Virus record (IMG/VR): IMGVR_UViG_3300046092_000062
Coordinates: 62,001 to 126,000 of that record
DNA length: 64,000 bases
Strand: one strand, 5' to 3'
The notes beneath the pieces are model-generated. The model was not told the origin of the DNA, did no database searches, and saw only the letters and a list, made by a program, of their open reading frames with translations. The translations under genes were made by a program, and so were the position numbers. Shown in pieces: positions 8,533-15,994 of this stretch (its first letter is position 1; each line of letters begins with the position of its first letter).

Positions 8533-8608
8533 GCGGATGTAGCTCAGCTGGTAGAGCACAACGTTGCCAACGTCGAGGTCGTCGGTTCGAACCCGATCAT
8601 CCGCTCCA
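8533..8608 (+). tRNA. tRNA-Gly(GCC)
   Basis: GCGGATG acceptor, ttGCCaa loop, T73-CCA. Confidence 0.95.
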
Positions 8609-8613
8609 TAAAT

Positions 8614-8690
8614 GGCTCTCTAGTTCCAATTGGCAGAACATCGGATTCCAAATCCGAGTGTTGGGGGTTCGAATCCCTCGGGGGTCGCCA
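8614..8690 (+). tRNA. tRNA-Trp(CCA)
   Basis: TCGGA-ttCCAaa-TCCGA arm, G73-CCA; D-stem GTTC/GAAC. Confidence 0.93.
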
Positions 8691-8695
8691 ATATA

Positions 8696-9145
8696 ATGAA
8701 ATCAAAATTCTCCGATTCCCAATTACGCACAATCACGAAAGTGGTTACATACCGCGTGATTATCACATGTAGTCACATCATCAATGGGTTTATTGTTAGT
8801 GGTAGTCTTGCTCTTGGATTGCAAATTGCAGGCCTAGCAGCAGTAATTAACAGTTTGTTATTTTGGCTACACGAGCGCATGTGGAATAGGCTACAATGGA
8901 AACGTCTCCATTTAAACAGTTCTACGTTCGTAGAAACCAATCCTAGAAGCATCAGTAAGATATTAACTTGGCGCATTTTCTCAATGTCTAGTAATTTTCT
9001 CATCCCTTACTTGATAACTGGATCATGGGGATCAGCAGCGGCATTCCTTGGGATAGCAGTAATAGTTAACATGGCTCTATACTATCTACATGAACGAGTG
9101 TGGAACATAGTTAAGTGGGGTAAACAGGTCAACGGCCTTTGGTGA
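8696..9145 (+). CDS. membrane protein with two tandem DUF2061-like repeats
   Basis: RTITKVVTYR...LHERMWNRLQW and RSISKILTWR...LHERVWNIVKW; start moved to ATG 8696. Confidence 0.72.
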   Translation: MKSKFSDSQLRTITKVVTYRVIITCSHIINGFIVSGSLALGLQIAGLAAVINSLLFWLHERMWNRLQWKRLHLNSSTFVETNPRSISKILTWRIFSMSSNFLIPYLITGSWGSAAAFLGIAVIVNMALYYLHERVWNIVKWGKQVNGLW

Positions 9146-9207
9146 AATGGATATCATATCTGTCTTCGAAACAGATGGTGGGAGTTCGATCCTCTCAAGG
9201 CCGACCA
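9133..9207 (+). tRNA. tRNA-Arg(TCG)
   Basis: CGGCCTT/AAGGCCG acceptor, TCTGT-ctTCGaa-ACAGA arm, CCA; overlaps last 13 nt of upstream CDS. Confidence 0.88.
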
Positions 9208-9213
9208 AAATAG

Positions 9214-9242
9214 TTGACTTAGTCAACGGCAGTGTGTATAAT
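9214..9242 (+). promoter_or_regulatory. sigma70 promoter
   Basis: TTGACT-17 nt-TATAAT. Confidence 0.75.
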
Positions 9243-9266
9243 ACAAACTGTTCATAAAAGAGTTAG

Positions 9267-9454
9267 CCATGAGCAAGGCAGCTTTCTGTTACCAGTGGTA
9301 GGCGTAGTATCAATAATCTTGCAATTAGTGGCCTGTGTTTAAGTATCGGGAACCCCCGAGGCAACAAAACGATTTTAAAATTGAGAACCGTTTCGAGCCC
9401 ACAACGTGTGGTCTAGGTAGGCATTCGCAAGATGCTGCTTGATCTAGATCATGG
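9267..9454 (+). ncRNA. unidentified structured ncRNA (about 190 nt)
   Basis: Nested stems 9267-9272/9449-9454, 9274-9282/9434-9441, 9316-9322/9427-9433, 9331-9335/9418-9422 plus internal hairpins; no ORF; own promoter. Confidence 0.5.
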
Positions 9455-9469
9455 TTGCCCATCTGATCA

Positions 9470-10105
9470 ATGGGGACCAAGTGGTCCGCGGTTGAAAAAC
9501 AGAATTACATGGCTAACCCTTTTATGAATACATTAACGTTTCAGACCCCGGTACGTATAGTTAATAACTGGGATAAAACCACACAAGTAGCAAAGCACTG
9601 CATCGATCTAGTAAAGAGTCAATCGGCCAGTATCACTAGGGAATACAAGTACAGCGATTACGGATATCACTATGAACTAGGATCAACTGGCACAGTTAGT
9701 CACATCACTAACGGTAGTGCAGAATGGTATTCAGTGACTGGTAAGCTAATAGAATCTACCATGCGCTTTTTGCCGCTAATGCTAGATGACCTAGCAGACC
9801 TTGACCCTACGTTTGCTAGCATTAACTACATGGTGGGCAATGGCGCAGAGCATAGGGATCACGAAAGTCAGCAAACTGGGTTCAATTATTTTTTTGCTGA
9901 TTGTGACAGCACTACCTACGCAAGAAACGCAGACATCTGCGAATCCTATCCTAGCGTAAAAGACACAGGGTGGATCCTTGATATCCAACAACTACACAGC
10001 ATCTCAAATACAAACGAACGCATTTGGTTTAACCTTAGATTTGGTAAACCCTTTGCATATTGCAGAGATTGGTTTGCAGATCATTTGGTATTAACTTATG
10101 AATAA
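9470..10105 (+). CDS. hypothetical, possible 2OG-Fe(II)/cupin oxygenase
   Basis: HRD...LHS facial-triad-like spacing. Confidence 0.5.
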   Translation: MGTKWSAVEKQNYMANPFMNTLTFQTPVRIVNNWDKTTQVAKHCIDLVKSQSASITREYKYSDYGYHYELGSTGTVSHITNGSAEWYSVTGKLIESTMRFLPLMLDDLADLDPTFASINYMVGNGAEHRDHESQQTGFNYFFADCDSTTYARNADICESYPSVKDTGWILDIQQLHSISNTNERIWFNLRFGKPFAYCRDWFADHLVLTYE

Positions 10106-11273
10106 AATTATCTCAATTGAGCCTGCAATCGATCCAGTCAATCGTCCTACATTTTTGTTGGACTGGGAACTAACAATGAAGTGCAATTTGGATTGCGACT
10201 ACTGCTCGACTGGCATTGAGTACGGTGGTCACGACAACAGCACAGCACATCCTCCTAAAGACGAATGCTTAAAAACCATTGACTTCATGTTTGCTTATGC
10301 AGACAAGTACATGCAGCTAAAGCCCAAATGGCAGCGCATGGTGGTTCTCAATGTATACGGCGGCGAAAGTATATTTCATCCAGACATTGTTGAGATCCTA
10401 GAGCAGGTGCGAGCAAGACACACATACGATTGGCCATTGACTGTTACCTGCACAAGTAACGCAGTGGCTGGTAAGAATCTTTGGGAAAAGGTTGCAAACT
10501 TAATTGATGAGTTTACCGTTAGTTTTCACAGCAGTGCATTGCCTAAACAGAGACAGCAAGTACTAGACAACATACTTTATAATAAGGCTATCGGCAGGCG
10601 CCAAAAGGTGGTGTTTGTGATGCACAACGATCCTGTTTTGTGGGATATTAGCCAACAAGCTATTGAGTTTTGTAAAACACACGATGTTAGGTATGTAGTT
10701 AAAGCAAACGACACCCCTACACCTCAGTGGCAGTATAACAAAGAACAGTTTATTTACTTTCAAGATTACTACAAGTCACGCACACCAGCTAAGAGTAGGG
10801 ATGCTCTAACAAAGGCGCTGGATGCAGTGGAAACTGACACAGTTGGCATGGGTAAGGTCGGTCGAGGTTGTTGTGGTGGCCGAAAGCTATGCACTAACCA
10901 AGACCTACAACACCCAACAGCCTTTGTACCACATGCAGATTTCATGGGTTGGAGTTGCAGTGTTAACTGGTACTTCTTGTACATTAAACAGATCAATGGC
11001 GATGTGTACACAAACAAGGATTGCCGTATGCGCTTTGATGGTACAGTTGGTCCAATTGGTAATTTGTCAAATGGTAATCTTATACTAGAACAAGTGCAGA
11101 AAAACATTGACAACAAAGCCATGCCTGTTATACAATGTGCTAGAACAAGATGTATATGCGGTTACTGTGCTCCAAAAGCGCAAGACCCAAAAGATTTTGA
11201 AGCTATTATGGATAAACACATAGTTGACAAGCAAGTCAAATTTGTTTATAATAACAGCTTAGATGATAAGTAA
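10098..11273 (+). CDS. radical SAM protein with Cys-rich C-terminus
   Basis: CNLDCDYC, YGGES; C-terminal CCGG..C, CSV, CARTRCICGYC. Confidence 0.88.
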   Translation: MNKIISIEPAIDPVNRPTFLLDWELTMKCNLDCDYCSTGIEYGGHDNSTAHPPKDECLKTIDFMFAYADKYMQLKPKWQRMVVLNVYGGESIFHPDIVEILEQVRARHTYDWPLTVTCTSNAVAGKNLWEKVANLIDEFTVSFHSSALPKQRQQVLDNILYNKAIGRRQKVVFVMHNDPVLWDISQQAIEFCKTHDVRYVVKANDTPTPQWQYNKEQFIYFQDYYKSRTPAKSRDALTKALDAVETDTVGMGKVGRGCCGGRKLCTNQDLQHPTAFVPHADFMGWSCSVNWYFLYIKQINGDVYTNKDCRMRFDGTVGPIGNLSNGNLILEQVQKNIDNKAMPVIQCARTRCICGYCAPKAQDPKDFEAIMDKHIVDKQVKFVYNNSLDDK

Positions 11274-11284
11274 TTTATCACAAT

Positions 11285-11368
11285 GCGTAAGTGGTGGAAT
11301 GGTATACACTCTGGTCTTAGAAGCCAGCGCCGCGAGGATTGAGAGTTCGAGTCTCTCCTTACGCACCA
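11285..11368 (+). tRNA. tRNA-Leu(TAG)
   Basis: Variable arm, ctTAGaa loop, A73-CCA. Confidence 0.93.
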
Positions 11369-11398
11369 TTTATTATTTTAAGTTTTTCTAAAAAGTGC

Positions 11399-11464
11399 TT
11401 GACACTTAATGAAACTCTTGTTATAATAGATACATGTTAAGAAATTAACAAACGTTCTTTAAAA
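11399..11464 (+). promoter_or_regulatory. consensus sigma70 promoter plus boxA-like antitermination site
   Basis: TTGACA(11399)-17-TATAAT(11422); CGTTCTTTAAAA at 11453-11464 resembles rrn boxA TGCTCTTTAACA. Confidence 0.8.
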
Positions 11465-11465
11465 A

Positions 11466-11750
11466 TTTGTTTTGATGTAAAGTAAGCAGGCGTACCACGC
11501 TAATAGGTTGCGTGACTCTTGTCGAAAATTTGGTCCAGATAGAAAGCTGGGAACTCTTGAGTAGTCTGTAAGCGGCTACTGTGGCGTCTAACACCTATGA
11601 GTTAGAAACGATCTGTTCCACGTAGCAATACGCAGGAAGAATGATTGCAATAGAGTAGAGTAACGCTCTACCGGTTGCATGAGGGTCAACTGAAAGACGC
11701 AAGTCTTACCCGTTACCTTGTAACCAGGTAAAAAGAGGCATCAAAATAAA
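11466..11750 (+). ncRNA. unidentified multi-hairpin ncRNA (285 nt)
   Basis: 12-bp closing stem 11466-11477/11739-11750; at least 6 internal hairpins, several with GNRA loops; no ORF. Confidence 0.6.
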
Positions 11751-11764
11751 TTTCTAAATAACTG

Positions 11765-11838
11765 TTGACAGCAAATGAAAAGTTTGCTACAATAGCAGCT
11801 TAGTTAGACATTGTGCTAACTAACAAAGTTCTTTAAAA
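11765..11838 (+). promoter_or_regulatory. sigma70 promoter plus boxA-like site
   Basis: TTGACA(11765)-17-TACAAT(11788); AGTTCTTTAAAA at 11827-11838. Confidence 0.8.
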
Positions 11839-11855
11839 TAGATACGTATAAGAAG

Positions 11856-11970
11856 TTCTTATACACATGCACATAAATGCGTAGGCCACGCAGATATGGT
11901 TGGATTCATAGCTTGGGCTATTGCCCAGGTTGGCAGGTTCGAAACCTGTGAGTGTGCAGTTGTATAAGAA
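11856..11970 (+). ncRNA. long-stem tRNA-like element E
   Basis: TTCTTATACA/TGTATAAGAA and TGCACAT/GTGTGCA stems, T-arm GCAGG-TTCGAAA-CCTGT, D-like and variable-like hairpins, no CCA. Confidence 0.5.
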
Positions 11971-11974
11971 TTTA

Positions 11975-12875
11975 GGGCAGTTTAATGTCCTGCAAAGAGT
12001 ATGGTTCGCCCAGCTTGATGCGAAGAATAACTGTGGTGACACAGCCAAAGGAGGTATGCCTACATAACTCCGCTAGCAATAGTTCATTTAGACAAGCCTG
12101 CTCACTCCTGTGAGGGAGCGTTCACTCAGCGACGGGTGGATGTAACAGTGACGCAAAGTGCATAGGGAAGAACGTTTGCTTACAAGCCTGAGATTGCATC
12201 AAGGGGAACTTGAGTAGATGGAAAGTAACAGGTGGTGCTGACTTCTATGCGAAACCAACTTTGTTAATTGGTATGAGAAAGGGTAGTGTATTGGTTCGAA
12301 GGGTTGCACCTAAGAGCTCGTATGCAGTTTTAGTGGTTGGTGGACGTAGTAATACGAACATTGGTCGCAAAAGACGACTGAGTAGCTCGCAAGGCAAAAG
12401 GTACGTGGTGTGTTGTATTGTGTATTCCAAAAGATTATGCAGCAACTGAGTCAGCACATCGCAGTAGGTTGATATAGTTCATTGGTAGAACATCTGTCTC
12501 TTAAACAGAATGCGGTGGGTTCAATTCCCACTATCATTACAAAACGCAAAGACTGACTCGGTCGTATGTGAAAAGCATCTAATACTTGAGCCGCAAGGTA
12601 ATCAAGTCAGACGTAACTCGCAAGGTGAAATCTGTTTATGCAGGAAGTTTCGTAGCTACTTAGCGGTGGTGAATGGCTCTAAAGGTCAACGGGATAGAAA
12701 GCGTAGAATAGCATACGGCGACAAGACTACTGCCTGTCTTTAAAAACGGCGATGCTGACAGCAGACTAGACTACTATGCAAATAGGGTTTAGTGGAAGTC
12801 GGAAGAAAGTAGACTCGCAAGGTTTACAATAATGTCCGAGGTGTTGTTAGGTTAGGATGTATTCTCAGTCCGCCA
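11975..12875 (+). ncRNA. probable GOLLD large ncRNA (about 900 nt)
   Basis: ORF-free, GNRA (GCAA/GAAA) hairpin-rich, inside a phage tRNA cluster; segments such as GAAAGTAACAGGTGGTGCTGAC and 3' TATTCTCAG match my recollection of GOLLD; ends approximate. Confidence 0.65.
12468..12539 (+). tRNA. tRNA-Lys(CTT)-like module embedded in the large ncRNA, no CCA
   Basis: D-arm GTTC-attggta-GAAC, anticodon arm TCTGT-ctCTTaa-ACAGA, T-arm GTGGG-TTCAATT-CCCAC; weak acceptor, ends ACAA. Confidence 0.7.
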
Positions 12876-12969
12876 ACTTATATGCAAACACATTAGTAAA
12901 AGTCTGTAAAAGGACGAAGCAACTGACTCTGTAATAGGAGCTGTTTGCTCAGTGTGTTTACATATAAGT
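12876..12969 (+). ncRNA. long-stem element F
   Basis: ACTTATATG-C-AAACACATT / AGTGTGTTT-A-CATATAAGT, nearly the same stem as element B. Confidence 0.55.
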
Positions 12970-13056
12970 ATGCTTTGATGGTTAAAGTTGGATAGGTAGT
13001 GGGTAGCTTGTGAAATCATAGTAGCAAGTCCACAGCAACCCAAACGGTAGAAGCAG

Positions 13057-13129
13057 CTTATTTGAAAGCACATTTGTTCCTGAAAGATTTTACGGTTTGG
13101 ATGGTTCAGCAAATGTGTTTCCAAATAAG
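13057..13129 (+). ncRNA. long-stem element G
   Basis: CTTATTTG-A-AAGCACATTTG / CAAATGTGTTT-C-CAAATAAG. Confidence 0.5.
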
Positions 13130-13224
13130 AATTTGGTGATTGTGTGGAGCTAAGGCGATTCGCTGGACTATGAAGCACGACGAGAGCGTTGAACTTGAAA
13201 TAGGTTCAACCACCAGACTAATAT

Positions 13225-13300
13225 GGACGGTTGGCAGAGCGTTTATGCGCCGGATTGCAAACTCGGTATAAGGTAGGTTAGACTCCTACACCGTCCTCCA
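13225..13300 (+). tRNA. tRNA-Cys(GCA)
   Basis: ttGCAaa loop, T73-CCA; non-canonical T-loop TTAGACT. Confidence 0.85.
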
Positions 13301-13595
13301 TTTTTGCTAGTTTTTTAAAACTAGTTGTGACGTATGGAGATGAGAGATTGCACCTCTAGTTAGCACTTGACACGCTTACTGGAATATTAATCGTGATCCA
13401 GTGACCCGAGTCCCCTGGCTTAATTGCCTTGTTTGTTGACTCTCGGAAATATTGGTATCCTCTGCTTGTTGTATTTTGCTTTAGAAAACAGTTGCCTTGA
13501 AAATCAATTATATCTAATGTACATTGCACATTGTCCCGCAATTGACTTGCCATACGTTGCACCCCTATTAAAATCAAACAGAAAGGAACTCGATT

Positions 13596-14162
13596 ATGAA
13601 ATTTACACTTCGCAAAGCAAACGCCCTACAAAACACAATCCAGGAACACATCAAGACGATCGACATCGCATTGACGGTTTCCCTTAACGAGTTCCAAAGT
13701 TCAACTTCGGTGCTTGGTACCGCACGTGAGACATTGGTCCGCAACGATGCCAAGCGCACACAGTTGACCAAGGCCTTGTACGCAGTCCGTGCAAAGGTTG
13801 GTCGCGCCAACACAGAAGCCGGTGTTGCAGATCTGTTGACAGACGCTGCATTCATTGACAAGCGTTTGGGCTTCTTAAAAGGCCTAACTGAAAGCAAGGT
13901 TGTCGAAGAAATCGCAGTCATTGAAGGCAAGCTAGAAAAGCTTCGCGCACAAGACAACAAGAACCGTGTTTACGGTTACAACGACACAGTTGACACTGGT
14001 GTGCTTGAAGCGGACCAGATTGAAGGTTACAAGGCAGAAATGCGTGACCTGAAGAAACAAAAGCAAAGCATTAATGACAAGGTCCTGGAACTTAACGTTC
14101 GCACCGAGATTGAGTTGGATGCAGATACCGTTTCTTTGCTACAGGCAGAGCAACTGGTATAA
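13596..14162 (+). CDS. hypothetical coiled-coil protein
   Basis: 188-aa ORF, AAAGGA RBS, strong codon bias. Confidence 0.75.
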   Translation: MKFTLRKANALQNTIQEHIKTIDIALTVSLNEFQSSTSVLGTARETLVRNDAKRTQLTKALYAVRAKVGRANTEAGVADLLTDAAFIDKRLGFLKGLTESKVVEEIAVIEGKLEKLRAQDNKNRVYGYNDTVDTGVLEADQIEGYKAEMRDLKKQKQSINDKVLELNVRTEIELDADTVSLLQAEQLV

Positions 14163-14169
14163 ATATTGA

Positions 14170-14244
14170 AGCAGAGTAGAGAAATGGTATCTCACCAGGC
14201 TCATAACCTGGAGACAGTTGGTTCGATTCCAGCCTTTGCATCCA
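14170..14244 (+). tRNA. tRNA-Met(CAT), initiator-like
   Basis: CCAGG-ctCATaa-CCTGG arm; 1:72 mismatch (A.A); CCA. Confidence 0.85.
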
Positions 14245-14250
14245 ATACAT

Positions 14251-14325
14251 GCCTTGATAGCTCAGGGGTAGAGCGTCTCCTTTACACGGAGAGGGTCCGC
14301 GGTTCGAAACCGTGTCAAGGTACCA
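14251..14325 (+). tRNA. tRNA-Val(TAC)
   Basis: TCTCC-ttTACac-GGAGA arm, CCA. Confidence 0.93.
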
Positions 14326-14333
14326 AAGGAAAT

Positions 14334-14407
14334 GCGGGATTAGTTTAATGGTAAAACGAGATCCTTCCAAGTTCAAGTCAGCGGTTCGATTCCGCTATCC
14401 CGCTCCA
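14334..14407 (+). tRNA. tRNA-Gly(TCC)
   Basis: GCGGGAT/ATCCCGC acceptor, T73-CCA, ctTCCaa loop (weak anticodon stem). Confidence 0.88.
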
Positions 14408-14442
14408 TAACATTACCCCGCCTGGTGCGGGGTTTGCCATTT

Positions 14443-14898
14443 ATGAAAACAAAATATCAACAACTATACATGGACTGGGCGCATCGTGCAGCAGAACTAA
14501 GTCATGCACGTAGGCTCAAGGTAGGAGCAGTTATTGTCAAGGACGATGTGGTCATTTACGGCTACAATGGCATGCCAGCAGGGTGGGATAACAACTGCGA
14601 AGAACACCCTAAGATTGTTAACAAACAAACCTATGCCATTGAAGAAGATACAACTAGATTAGTAACACGACCTGAGGTATTACATGCTGAATCAAATGCT
14701 ATTGCAAAACTGGCGAAGTCTCCTAACGTTGGTAACGGGGCTGACTTATTTGTTACTCACAGTCCTTGTATCCACTGTGCCAAGCTCATTTTTCAGTCAG
14801 GTATTCGTCGTGTATTTTATGGTGCAAACTATCGCGATGATGCAGGAGTCCAATTCCTCAGGAGTTCGGGCATAACAGTTACACAAATTGAAGAATAA
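14443..14898 (+). CDS. dCMP deaminase
   Basis: HAE and PCxxC zinc motifs (LHAESNA, HSPCIHC). Confidence 0.92.
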   Translation: MKTKYQQLYMDWAHRAAELSHARRLKVGAVIVKDDVVIYGYNGMPAGWDNNCEEHPKIVNKQTYAIEEDTTRLVTRPEVLHAESNAIAKLAKSPNVGNGADLFVTHSPCIHCAKLIFQSGIRRVFYGANYRDDAGVQFLRSSGITVTQIEE

Positions 14899-14900
14899 CT

Positions 14901-14925
14901 AGCCCACTTCGGTGGGCTTTTTCTT
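14901..14925 (+). terminator. rho-independent terminator
   Basis: GCCCAC-TTCG-GTGGGC-TTTT. Confidence 0.85.
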
Positions 14926-14983
14926 GACTATACTTTCATGCTCTGCTATAATAGTAGTTCAACTAACCCAATGGAATACTTTA

Positions 14984-15145
14984 ATGTTTGAATCAATTGA
15001 AATCCGCAAAGCAGCAAACGGCTTTATCCTTATCGTGCATACCGAAGACGAAACAAAAGAATTTGTGTACGATACTGAACGCAAGCTGATGCGATCACTT
15101 AAATCGCAGCTGGGTCAAAAGATCACAGCTGACGACCAAGATTAA
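14984..15145 (+). CDS. small hypothetical protein (53 aa)
   Basis: Preceded by TTGACT(14924)-17-TATAAT(14947). Confidence 0.6.
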   Translation: MFESIEIRKAANGFILIVHTEDETKEFVYDTERKLMRSLKSQLGQKITADDQD

Positions 15146-15897
15146 TCTCTACGCTCGATATCTTCTTCAGTGCAGTGTTTGCCGTATTGTATCTCTACAA
15201 TGCGACAAGGTGCAGTAAACGGATTGTGTAATCGATGCCATCCGTCTTTGGGTATATGGATACTCATGTGTTCGCTTAATTGTTGAGCTGGCATATGGTA
15301 TCCATTTTCCATTTGTTGCTCAGCAACACATTGTCCTTCGCTAACGTGCCAGTATTCTGCACGGTGCTGATGCCTTTGTAGACTGAGACTTTGTCCTGGA
15401 TTGATAGTCAACTCCTTGACCTTAGTACCTGGCACATCGTGTAGGACACGATAGTAACCCCATGGGCGTTCTGTCTTAGGTGCTTTCCATTCTTGTAGAA
15501 TCCAGCTTGAACTGTTGGCCTTGTTTTCACCACCAACACCAAACACAAACTCTACTCCAGTAACTGACATTTCGGGGATGTTGTCTCGTGTTCTATCGCC
15601 ACCATTGGCAAAGATGATTTCATCGTTGGGATATTGTGCTTTAAGCTCTTCCAGTAACTTAATGGCACTACCATCGCTGTCGTCCCAGTAAGTGGTTTGG
15701 GTAACATACTTGATCTTGCTTACAACAGCATATCGTTCGTCCCATGGCATAAATGCTGCACCCTTTTTGCGTTGTAGCCAAGCGTCACTGTTTAGGCCGA
15801 CGACCAAGATATCGCCAAGTTGGCTTGCTGCTTTGAGATAGGCAATGTGCCCACTATGGATAGGATCAAACCCACCGGTTACGATTACAATTTTCAT
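15142..15897 (-). CDS. cytidylyltransferase-like (HxGH) domain fused to mannose-6-phosphate isomerase-type cupin
   Basis: [11 protein letters not shown]; C-terminal ERPWG...[12 protein letters not shown]. Confidence 0.85.
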   Translation of the reverse strand: MKIVIVTGGFDPIHSGHIAYLKAASQLGDILVVGLNSDAWLQRKKGAAFMPWDERYAVVSKIKYVTQTTYWDDSDGSAIKLLEELKAQYPNDEIIFANGGDRTRDNIPEMSVTGVEFVFGVGGENKANSSSWILQEWKAPKTERPWGYYRVLHDVPGTKVKELTINPGQSLSLQRHQHRAEYWHVSEGQCVAEQQMENGYHMPAQQLSEHMSIHIPKDGWHRLHNPFTAPCRIVEIQYGKHCTEEDIERRD

Positions 15898-15994
15898 ACA
15901 AATATTTATTCGGTGGTCTTGCTCTTGCTTTTAAAACTTGATCCTTGTAAAATAGCTAAAATAAATACCTTATCAACTATTATTGGAGAATTAC

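Noticed and set aside
8515-8772. ORFs overlapping tRNA-Gly/Trp, and 14166-14348 overlapping tRNA-Met/Val
   Set aside because: Translations of tRNA genes.
9267-11750. tmRNA, RNase P RNA or group I intron identity for the unknown ncRNAs
   Set aside because: No tRNA-Ala-like ends with tag ORF, no RNase P P4 consensus, no recognisable P7 core and no interrupted host gene.
12210-12743. ORF-track calls 12210-12449, 12245-12457 and 12510-12743
   Set aside because: No RBS or protein-like composition; they lie within the structured large ncRNA.
13134-13215. tRNA-like sequence ending in ACCA with a ctATGaa loop
   Set aside because: Anticodon stem does not pair and there is no T-loop consensus; at most a decayed tRNA.
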